Source: Myxococcales bacterium
GTDB taxonomy: Bacteria; Myxococcota_A; UBA9042; JABWCM01; BTVJ01
Length of the DNA stretch: 44,003 bases
Reading direction: 5' to 3'
Assembly: GCA_045863395.1 (NCBI GenBank)
Contig: BTVJ01000060.1
Coordinates: 1 to 44,003 of the forward strand
This document shows, one piece after another, positions 33,611 to 41,209 of the stretch. Position 1 is the first letter of the stretch. Every line of letters begins with the position of its first letter. Under the pieces are notes generated by a model, which was not told where the DNA came from, made no database searches, and saw nothing but the letters and a program-made list of their open reading frames with translations. The position numbers and the translations under genes were made by a program.

Positions 33611-33887
33611 GAGCGTCATCGTGTACGTGCAGCTTCTGAACGAGGGGACCGAGGTCTATCGGCCCGCCTTGGCAGCGCCTACCAGTCCGACCACGGCTAC
33701 CATCTTGGTGCCGAAGAACTATGATCCTGAGGACGAAGAGTGGGAGTTCAAGCCAGGCACGATGGTTCGGCTCGAACTCCGGAAGTTGGGTGGCGAGAAG
33801 GACTACCACTGGAAGTACGGCTATATCTCGGGCCCCTTCGTGTGGGTCATGGTCGCCGTCGCCGATGTGAAGGAGCCGCGAGGGTGA
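33582..33887 (+). CDS. Putative immunity protein for the E5-like toxin
   Basis: AGGAGG at 33570-33575, ATG 33582, overlaps the toxin 3' end by 29 nt; acidic core VYVQLLNEGTEVYRP...YDPEDEEWEFKPG. Confidence 0.65.
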   Translation: MSQPKHSKSESVIVYVQLLNEGTEVYRPALAAPTSPTTATILVPKNYDPEDEEWEFKPGTMVRLELRKLGGEKDYHWKYGYISGPFVWVMVAVADVKEPRG

Positions 33888-33919
33888 GGTTTCAGCCGAC
33901 TCTCCGCAGGAGGTGACCC

Positions 33920-35485
33920 ATGGCCTTCGACCCATTCCGCCCCGTCAAGTACCTGCTCCGGGTGGAGTCCACCCTCTCCGGTCTGGTGTCCGCCGGACTT
34001 GGGGACATCGGCGGGCGTGCCATCGAGCTGCCGCTCGTGTCGTCGATCTCCCGGAGCCGGGTGGAGGCCACAACGCTGACTTGGACGCTGAGTGCTGAGC
34101 CATTCCGCGAACCGTCTGGGCTCCGCGAGGAGGAGATCACCCTCTCGGGGCGCTCTGGCCTCACGCCTCGTCTCGGCGCGGATCGCCAGGGGGCGCTGCT
34201 CTATGGGACGGGGCCCGAGCTGTTCCAGGAGCTCGAGGAGTTCCTTCGCTCCTACCAGAGCCGGATCAAACGAGCCTACGCAGAAGGCACGGTGGACGGG
34301 ATCCGGCTGGTGTTCTCCGCGCCCTGGGAAGGCATCGACGTGTACGTCGAGCCAGGTCAGGTACGTTGGGTTCGGGAAGTCGGCGCGTCACGGCACTCCT
34401 ACGCCTGGACGCTCACGCTTCGGGCGTATGGAGACGCCACGCCGGGCCCCTTCGACATCTTCGAGGCGGCGCGCTCCGTCGCCAACTACGTGCGCAAGGT
34501 GGTCAACAGCGTCACGGCCTACATCGCGCTGGGGACCAGGTACGCCAAGGAGGTGAACAGCGTCGGTGACGCCTTCCGCGGGATCATCTGGTCGGGGGTC
34601 TCGATGATGACGGAGGTGCGCAACGCCATCGGGGAGCTCAGCCGTGCGGTGCGCATGCCACAGGCGGTCGTAGAGGACGCGTTCCGGGTGGCCGAGCAGG
34701 CGACCCTTGCTGCCTACGACGCCTACACCGCGATCCCCGGTGTACCCACAGCCGCTGGCCGCCGCGCGTTCGTGGATGCGCTCGAGACGCTTGGGGATGC
34801 TCGGCGCTCGGCGCTCGAAGCGCTCGGTGCCTCGAGGCTGGATGGCAGCGCGTCGGCGACCCACGACCAGCTCCGAGGCACGACGTCGGCGGCGCTCATG
34901 GCTGGCTCAGGGGCGGACTCCGCAGCGCCGGGTCCGGTCACGACCCACGTCCTGTCGGCAGGCGAGACCCTGCACGACGTCGCCCAAGCCTACCTTGGCG
35001 ACGCCGAGCGGTGGCCGGATGTCGCGGTCGCCAACGGCCTTCCGGACCCCTATCACATGGCGTCTGGCGCCCAGCTCGTACCCGGGACCGTGCTCATCAT
35101 CCCGACCGCAGCAGTGCCTCCATCAGCGGATCATCGCACCGACCTTCTGCTCTCGCCGAGCGGAGATCTCGTCGTCGCTGGAAGCGACCTCGCCGTCGTC
35201 TCTGGGCTCGACAACCTCCTGCAGGCGCTGTCGGTGCGGTTGCGCACGGAGCGCGGTGAGTCGCCGTGGCCGGCCTACGGTGTCGAGCCGATGGTGGGCG
35301 ACTCGCTCCGCACCACCGCCGTCGCCACCGCCGTAGCGTCGGTGCGGTCGCAGGCACTTGCGGACCCGCGTGTGTCGATGGTGCAGCGGACGGGGGTACA
35401 AGACCGGGGCGATGCGATCCTGGTGGAGTGCGACGTGGTCCCGGTGACGGGGACCGCCTTCACGGTGCTGGCGGCCGTGGCGTAG
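33920..35485 (+). CDS. Baseplate protein: LysM domain fused to a gp25/W-like wedge domain
   Basis: THVLSAGETLHDVAQAYLGDAERWPDVAVANGL (LysM); GDLV...DLAVVSGLDNLLQAL..RL.TERG...PAYG...ADPRV (gp25-like). Confidence 0.75.
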   Translation: MAFDPFRPVKYLLRVESTLSGLVSAGLGDIGGRAIELPLVSSISRSRVEATTLTWTLSAEPFREPSGLREEEITLSGRSGLTPRLGADRQGALLYGTGPELFQELEEFLRSYQSRIKRAYAEGTVDGIRLVFSAPWEGIDVYVEPGQVRWVREVGASRHSYAWTLTLRAYGDATPGPFDIFEAARSVANYVRKVVNSVTAYIALGTRYAKEVNSVGDAFRGIIWSGVSMMTEVRNAIGELSRAVRMPQAVVEDAFRVAEQATLAAYDAYTAIPGVPTAAGRRAFVDALETLGDARRSALEALGASRLDGSASATHDQLRGTTSAALMAGSGADSAAPGPVTTHVLSAGETLHDVAQAYLGDAERWPDVAVANGLPDPYHMASGAQLVPGTVLIIPTAAVPPSADHRTDLLLSPSGDLVVAGSDLAVVSGLDNLLQALSVRLRTERGESPWPAYGVEPMVGDSLRTTAVATAVASVRSQALADPRVSMVQRTGVQDRGDAILVECDVVPVTGTAFTVLAAVA

Positions 35486-35487
35486 CA

Positions 35488-35517
35488 TTGCCATCGCGAT
35501 TGCAATGGCCATATACT
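35488..35517 (+). promoter_or_regulatory. Sigma70-like promoter with overlapping palindrome
   Basis: TTGCCA-18 nt-TATACT; near-perfect palindrome ATTGCcATCGCGATtGCAAT. Confidence 0.65.
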
Positions 35518-35522
35518 GTCAC

Positions 35523-35570
35523 GATGAGGCCCACGAAGGGGCGCAGACCGAGAGGTCGGCGCCCCTTCGT
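35523..35570 (+). promoter_or_regulatory. Conserved leader hairpin, copy 2
   Basis: GATGAGGCCC-ACGAAGGGGCGC-A-GACC-GAGA-GGTC-G-GCGCCCCTTCGT. Confidence 0.7.
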
Positions 35571-35587
35571 CGTTCTGAAGGACAAGC

Positions 35588-36970
35588 ATGCCGCTCTCCT
35601 CGTACACGCCGAGCACCAAGGCCGAGGCCCGCGACCGGATGATGGCGCGCGTCGTTGGCGGCGCCGGTCCCTTGGACGACGTCACGGAGGGGGGCGTCGC
35701 CTACACCCTCCTCGATGCAGTTGGCGAGGAGGTGGAGGCGATCGAGTTCCGCCAGTGGCGGTTCGTGCGGGCGTACTCCTTCGAGGACGCCGTCGGTGAG
35801 GAGCTGGACGAACGCGCGGCGCAGCTCCCACCCGGGAAGCTGCGGCCGCAGCGGCTCGGCCCGACGGTCGCCACGGCACAGGCCCTCCGGATCACCCGGG
35901 CCAACCCTGCTGGGGCCCTGACCCTTCCTGCCGGCGCGCTCTGCCGGAGCTCGGTCACCGGGCGATCCTACCGCATCGTGGGTGCTGTGGACCTGGCCGA
36001 CGGCGTGGCCGTCCACCCTATGCTCGTCACCATCTCGGCGCTCGAGCCCGGCTCGGTGGGTTCTGCTGCCACCGGGACGATTGACCAGATCGATGGCTTC
36101 CAGGTCCAGGTCATCAACGAGAAGCCCCTGGTGGGGCACGACACCGAGGCCGACGTCAGCTTCCGCCAGCGGTGTCTGCTCTACCTGTCGAGCCTCGGGG
36201 GCCTCCAGGCGGCGGCGCTGCGCCTCCTGGCGCTGTCGTTCGTGTCGGCTGACGGTGTGCGGCTCCAGCACGCGAAGGTGTACGAGACGCCGTTCGCGCC
36301 GGCCTACGCAGAGCTGATCGTCGATGATGGAACGGGGATGGGCGCGTGGGCGCGACCGGGTCTACCCTACGAGGGCACAGCTCCTCCCGGGGGACAGTCC
36401 CTGCTCTGGTCCGATGGGCCGGCCAAGACCGAACCGCGGATCTACGTCGGCGGCGCGCTCGTCGCCAAGGGCTGGCTCCCCGTCGAGGAGCAGGGCCAGG
36501 TCTTCCTCGAGGTTGCATTGGCCGGGGGTGCGTCATGGCGCACCGAGGTGGACGAGGTCTACACCGGGCCCATCGCCGAGCTTCAGGCCGTCGTCAACGG
36601 CTCGACGACGGACCCACTCGACGACCCAGGGCACCGGACCTGCGGCGGACGGGTGCGCGTGGTTGCACCAGTGGTCCAGCAGGTCAAGGAGAAGCTGCTC
36701 CTGAACCTGCAGACCGGCGCGGACGCCGACGCGGCGAAAGAGTCGCTCCGGGCCATCGCCGAGGCGCACTACCGAGCGCTCGGCCCGGGCGAGCCGCGCC
36801 TGCTGGCGCCGTACATCGCAGCGCTCATGGGGGAAGCGCGGGTGCGAAACCTCCGGGTGGTGGATGGCACCACACTGCTCCCCGCCGGCGACTTGTATCC
36901 ATTCGGACCTGAGGCGCACCGCGCGGAGCTGCGCCTCTCCGAGCTGACCTTCGGCCAGATCCTGGAGTAG
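35588..36970 (+). CDS. Baseplate J-like wedge protein
   Basis: DVTEGGVAYTLLDAVGEE, DAVGEELDERA, ALEPGSVG and GHDTEADVSFRQR motifs. Confidence 0.85.
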   Translation: MPLSSYTPSTKAEARDRMMARVVGGAGPLDDVTEGGVAYTLLDAVGEEVEAIEFRQWRFVRAYSFEDAVGEELDERAAQLPPGKLRPQRLGPTVATAQALRITRANPAGALTLPAGALCRSSVTGRSYRIVGAVDLADGVAVHPMLVTISALEPGSVGSAATGTIDQIDGFQVQVINEKPLVGHDTEADVSFRQRCLLYLSSLGGLQAAALRLLALSFVSADGVRLQHAKVYETPFAPAYAELIVDDGTGMGAWARPGLPYEGTAPPGGQSLLWSDGPAKTEPRIYVGGALVAKGWLPVEEQGQVFLEVALAGGASWRTEVDEVYTGPIAELQAVVNGSTTDPLDDPGHRTCGGRVRVVAPVVQQVKEKLLLNLQTGADADAAKESLRAIAEAHYRALGPGEPRLLAPYIAALMGEARVRNLRVVDGTTLLPAGDLYPFGPEAHRAELRLSELTFGQILE

Positions 36971-36973
36971 ACG

Positions 36974-38182
36974 ATGGAGAAGCTCATCACACAGGTCGGC
37001 GAGCGCCTGGACCGTGGCGACCTTCATGCCCTCCAGGACCTCGTCTACGAGTACCTCGGCCGGGTCCTGGGAGGCGTGCTGGGCCCCGGCTCAGGCGTGC
37101 TCACGGTGCCGAGCATCGATATCTTGCCGTTTTTTAGGCTCGGGCTCGGCGAGGCGCTGCTCCTGACAACGGTGCCGGGTGGCTCCCACGGGCGCCTGCC
37201 GACGGGGCGCCTGGTCCGATACGACCCGACCCTTCCAGGCCAGGACACGGAGGTGGACCTCTCGGGGTTCGTGGGAGTGCCGACCTTCATCTGGGCGCGC
37301 GCCGTGACGGGACCGATGGACTCGGACACGCGTCGTGCCTGGGACATCGACTCGCAGAGCGAGGAGGTCGTCTCCATGACGACGCGGCTCCGCGAGCGCG
37401 TGGAGTGGTCCGCGGGGCACACGAAGCCGGTGGGAGACGGGTGGTTTCAGGCCGCGCGCGTCGGGGGGTGGCTGGGCAGCGTCCCTGTGGTCGTCTGGAT
37501 TCACGCCTGGGACCGCACGCAGGACGGGCAGAGCAGTGCGACGCAGGCCAGGGCGCTCATGGCTGTAGCCGGGTTGCCTGGCGACCACACGTGGCTCGGG
37601 CTGGGAGCGGTCGTGCAAGCGGCGCTGCGGGCATTGGGCCGGATCCATGACACGGCCGAAGGTGTGGAGTGGTACAAGGCGCCCCCGCGAGGGCTCAAGC
37701 AGGTAGACGCGGCGCTTACTCGGTTGGAGGCGTCGCGGAGGCTGGCTGTCGAGAGCGCCGTGTTGATTCCATCGGACCAATTCTTGTCGGGGATCTTCGG
37801 TCTCACATTCTTCCCAGGCACGTATCCAGGTGGCCAAGTGTACATCCCAATTCGCGAGCCGGCGGGCCGCGTGCTCGTCTCAGTGGACGTATCCGCTCAT
37901 GTGGATGCCACGGCTCCGCAAGAGCCCGACGACGACAACACAATCGCTGTCAAGCTACTGCGCATTGACACGGTGTCTGAAGAGATAGTCGCTGCGTCAG
38001 ATGAGGTGACGTGGCTCGGCGCCAACGACGCCGACGCTCCGAGCGTCAAGACAGTGGTTCCCTCCGGTGGCTCCTATGTGTTTGCCGCCAACGAGGGGCT
38101 GTGGCTCAGAGCCATCATGACGAACGGTGGCAATGCGGCGACACTGAAGATCAAGCACGTCACCGCCAACTTCGGAGCCTGA
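36974..38182 (+). CDS. Putative baseplate/tail-fibre-associated protein
   Basis: GERLD..DL..LQ N-terminus; C-terminal third less GC-rich (possible swapped receptor-binding part); follows baseplate J. Confidence 0.55.
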   Translation: MEKLITQVGERLDRGDLHALQDLVYEYLGRVLGGVLGPGSGVLTVPSIDILPFFRLGLGEALLLTTVPGGSHGRLPTGRLVRYDPTLPGQDTEVDLSGFVGVPTFIWARAVTGPMDSDTRRAWDIDSQSEEVVSMTTRLRERVEWSAGHTKPVGDGWFQAARVGGWLGSVPVVVWIHAWDRTQDGQSSATQARALMAVAGLPGDHTWLGLGAVVQAALRALGRIHDTAEGVEWYKAPPRGLKQVDAALTRLEASRRLAVESAVLIPSDQFLSGIFGLTFFPGTYPGGQVYIPIREPAGRVLVSVDVSAHVDATAPQEPDDDNTIAVKLLRIDTVSEEIVAASDEVTWLGANDADAPSVKTVVPSGGSYVFAANEGLWLRAIMTNGGNAATLKIKHVTANFGA

Positions 38183-38186
38183 GCCC

Positions 38187-39482
38187 GTGATCATGAAGTG
38201 CGAGCCTGGGCCCTTCACGCGGCTCCTGCACGAGAGTGGGCTGCTCGAGGCCATCCGGCGCAGGGAGATCGCTACGCTCGCGAAGGGCACGGCCGCCCCT
38301 GCCGACCCCGTAGAGGACCCGCTCGTGCGCATCGTCCGCGAGGCCATCTTGCGCGAGCTGCGGAAGGGTCGGGGTGGATCCGAGAGCGACGAAGTCGGCA
38401 GGCGTCGAGAGCACCATGGGCCCTACCTGGGACCGCGGGGTGGGAAGTACGCCGATCCGGAACTTACGCGCTCGTGGAAGGAACCTGATTCCTTGGTGCG
38501 AATGTCTGCCACGGACCAGAAGTCGTCGGACGAAGCTGGGGAGGACGATCTTCCTCCCCCCGTCTTTGCCATGCGCGGCGACATGACACCTGTTGGTCCG
38601 GTTACGGCTGACATGAACCGCACGCAAGTAGAACGGGTGATCTGCTCCAGCGATGTCGAAATCGTCGTCGCCTTCGACTCGAAGGGCAAGCAGATATTTC
38701 GGGCGACCAACAACGATCCGTGGAGCTGCGAGTTCGATACCGATTGGATCGATGCGGAAGTTGAGGATCTGGTTCACAATCACCCGACTGGGTCGTGCCC
38801 ATCGCCTGGAGACATTCTCGCACAGATCCAGGTCCACGCGAAACGACACCGTGTGGTCGTAAGTGTTGACAACGGCAACGGCAAGGTACTGACGAGGGTG
38901 TGGGTGGTCCATTGCCCGCCTGGAAGTATCGAGGATTGGATGGCGCCGCTTACGAAGGCAGAGGAACTGGCGCGCCGCACGGCGAGCGGAAGAGCTGCGG
39001 AGACCGCAGGCGTTCGCGGGGTTCGGAACCTGGAACGGTGGAAGAGAGCCCATCCTCGTGAGTGGGTCGCCACCTTGAACGTTCACATGCTTCGAAACTA
39101 TACTGCCCTGGGGCTGACGATCACGGAGGAGGCCCATGAGTCCATCAAAGAGGGACAGCCGCATCCGGCTGAGCAGCAAGTGGATTTTCCATCCCACTCC
39201 TTTGCCGACGCCGAAGCAAGCGCGCCTGGAGCGGGAAGCCTTCGAGGAGATGGCTGCCAAGCACCGCAAGTGGCTCGAGGACCGAGCCAAGGCGGCGAAG
39301 ACGGAAGCCGTGGGGAATTCGAAGGCCCCCTGACCCGCCTCGTCCGCTCCTGCTTCCGCAAGGCGACTCCGCCCGACCCCTCGGAGCTCCCGACCCCTCT
39401 CACGTTCACCGCCATCTTCGAGCAGCTCCGGGCCCAGGGCATCCTGCCCCAGGGCGGAGCCTCGTCACGCAGCGCGAGGTAG
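38187..39482 (+). CDS. Shared-leader effector with JAB/MPN domain (paralog of the 8585 N-terminal half)
   Basis: CEPGPFTRLLHESG, ELRKG, GPYLGPRGGKYADPE; E...HNHPTGSCPSPGD; C-terminal LPTPLTFTAIFEQLRAQGIL. The start may be ATG 38193. Confidence 0.8.
   Translation: MIMKCEPGPFTRLLHESGLLEAIRRREIATLAKGTAAPADPVEDPLVRIVREAILRELRKGRGGSESDEVGRRREHHGPYLGPRGGKYADPELTRSWKEPDSLVRMSATDQKSSDEAGEDDLPPPVFAMRGDMTPVGPVTADMNRTQVERVICSSDVEIVVAFDSKGKQIFRATNNDPWSCEFDTDWIDAEVEDLVHNHPTGSCPSPGDILAQIQVHAKRHRVVVSVDNGNGKVLTRVWVVHCPPGSIEDWMAPLTKAEELARRTASGRAAETAGVRGVRNLERWKRAHPREWVATLNVHMLRNYTALGLTITEEAHESIKEGQPHPAEQQVDFPSHSFADAEASAPGAGSLRGDGCQAPQVARGPSQGGEDGSRGEFEGPLTRLVRSCFRKATPPDPSELPTPLTFTAIFEQLRAQGILPQGGASSRSAR
39136..39333 (+). 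CDS. Nested 65-aa gene in the +1 frame of the 38187 ORF (candidate partner/immunity protein)
   Basis: GGAGGAGG at 39125-39132, ATG 39136, TGA 39331-39333; GC3 bias favours this frame. Confidence 0.65.
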   Translation: MSPSKRDSRIRLSSKWIFHPTPLPTPKQARLEREAFEEMAAKHRKWLEDRAKAAKTEAVGNSKAP

Positions 39483-39485
39483 TTC

Positions 39486-40559
39486 ATGGCCACCCCGATT
39501 GCCCAGGCCGGCAACGACATCGCGACCACAGAGGCGAGCCTCCCGCAAGCGGCGGTGGCCCTCGCGGGCGCCGGCAACGATCCCGACGGTCTCCCGATCA
39601 CGGGCTACCTATGGACGTTGCTCTACAAGCCTGACGGCTCCAATGCAGCCTTGACCAACGCCACGACGCCCACTCCGACCGTGGGGCCCATCGACGTCGC
39701 GGGCAACTACCGCGTCTTCCTCCAGGTCCGTACCGAGGACAACCGTGTGAGCGAAGGCAACCCGCGCCTCGCGCCCGCGTCGGCCTTCGTGCACATCCGT
39801 GTGTCCGGACGCTACACCGGCCTTGAGCGGATGGCGACGGGGGAGCGGGACCACACGAGCCGCAGCAACGCCGTGGTCGACCAGGTGGAGCTTCTGCGAC
39901 GCGACCTCGACGACCAGAGGATCGTGGACCATGACACCGTCGCGACCGGAGCGCAGTTGAATGTGCTGGTCGGAGGCGGTTCGACGAACCTGCACACGCA
40001 CCCACTGAAGCCCCACACCATCGCGGAGCACACCGACACGACGGCCACCGGAGCGCAGCTCAACGAACTCGTCGGCGGCGGGCCGACGGAACTGCACAAG
40101 CACCGGATCCAGGACCACTGGAGCGACACGGTGGTCACAGTGCCCATCCGCCCCGACGTCACGTTTCTTCCCGGGGGGCTCCAGAAGCCCGACGAGACCA
40201 ACCCAGCCCTTTTCGTCCTGTTCATCGACATCCCAATTCGAGTCGACGCATGGCGATTGATGATGCGGGACGCTGGGAAGGTCCCGAGCGGTCAGTACTA
40301 CCGCTTCCGCCTGGTTGAGGCTACGGTCCAGCAGTATCTCGTGGGTGACTACAGCGGTTCTGTCGCTCTAGCCACGCTGGATGTGATCCCGGTGGCGGGG
40401 AACCACAAGGCAGGGATTGCGGGATTGACGCTGCCAACCCCATATGTCTGCGCCCCCGGGCGCTACTTGTGCGTCGAGATGCTTCGCGGGCCGAGCGGGG
40501 ACGACGACGAACTCGGCGACACGATCACCTCGCAGGTCGTCTACACCCGGGTGCAGTAG
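39486..40559 (+). CDS. Virion fibre-like protein with N-terminal PKD/Ig-like domain and HxH repeats
   Basis: NDPDG.PITGYLWTL..KPDGS.A.L...DVAGNYRVFLQV; two ATGAQLNxLVGGGxTxLHxH repeats. Confidence 0.65.
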   Translation: MATPIAQAGNDIATTEASLPQAAVALAGAGNDPDGLPITGYLWTLLYKPDGSNAALTNATTPTPTVGPIDVAGNYRVFLQVRTEDNRVSEGNPRLAPASAFVHIRVSGRYTGLERMATGERDHTSRSNAVVDQVELLRRDLDDQRIVDHDTVATGAQLNVLVGGGSTNLHTHPLKPHTIAEHTDTTATGAQLNELVGGGPTELHKHRIQDHWSDTVVTVPIRPDVTFLPGGLQKPDETNPALFVLFIDIPIRVDAWRLMMRDAGKVPSGQYYRFRLVEATVQQYLVGDYSGSVALATLDVIPVAGNHKAGIAGLTLPTPYVCAPGRYLCVEMLRGPSGDDDELGDTITSQVVYTRVQ

Positions 40560-40560
40560 C

Positions 40561-41136
40561 ATGGAGCGGGGCTACGGATCCCCCTCGTCCATGGGCGCGC
40601 AGGGGAACGTTGACGGCCAAGGAGTCCTGGTGCCCTTTGATTGGGGCTACGGCTCTCCGTCTGCGCTCGACGGCGGCGATACCGGGTACGGTGCTCCGTG
40701 GAGCGATGAAGCCCTGTCCATGGGCGCATACGTCCTCCACCCCGCGGGCGCCTTGCCGGACGACGGCGGCGTGATCGTGGAGCTGGGCGGATCCTGGGAG
40801 TCCGTCCCCCACCTCGTTCGATTGCTGGCAACCTCCGGCGCCGCCTTCCCTCCCGGTCGCACGTGCCATGGCGGCGTCGCTGGCAGGGGCGTCGATGTCG
40901 TTCCCGTGTTCGGTGGCGCTGTTCTCCGATTCGTCCTCCCGCCGTGTCCGCCCGGGCGATACGACATCGAGATCACCTACGGAGGCGTTGTCGTGATCGT
41001 CCCTGGAGCGATACGGGTGCAACGGCGGCTTCGTCCGGGAGCGACCTACCGGCTCCGGGCGAACCTGACGGCCCTGTTCGCTGCAGGACCACGACACCCA
41101 GGCGAGGAGGAGCTGCTGCCCGGGGGAGTGACGTGA
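40561..41136 (+). CDS. Hypothetical structural protein (Ig/IPT-like C-terminus)
   Basis: GYGSP repeats; DDGG.IVELGG and LRFVLPPCPPGRYDIEIT. Confidence 0.55.
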   Translation: MERGYGSPSSMGAQGNVDGQGVLVPFDWGYGSPSALDGGDTGYGAPWSDEALSMGAYVLHPAGALPDDGGVIVELGGSWESVPHLVRLLATSGAAFPPGRTCHGGVAGRGVDVVPVFGGAVLRFVLPPCPPGRYDIEITYGGVVVIVPGAIRVQRRLRPGATYRLRANLTALFAAGPRHPGEEELLPGGVT

Positions 41137-41209
41137 CGCTGCACGAGGCCCAGCAACTGCGCCGCCTGCCGATGGTGCGCGCCGATCGGGAAGTGCCGGA
41201 GGTGCTGTT

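Noticed and set aside
24436..36970. Tailocin or extracellular contractile injection system
   Set aside because: Terminase, portal, protease and capsid genes are present, so this is a head-bearing phage.
8597..38250. Diversity-generating retroelement template/variable repeats among the leader copies
   Set aside because: No reverse transcriptase is present; differences are mostly at synonymous third positions rather than adenine-specific.
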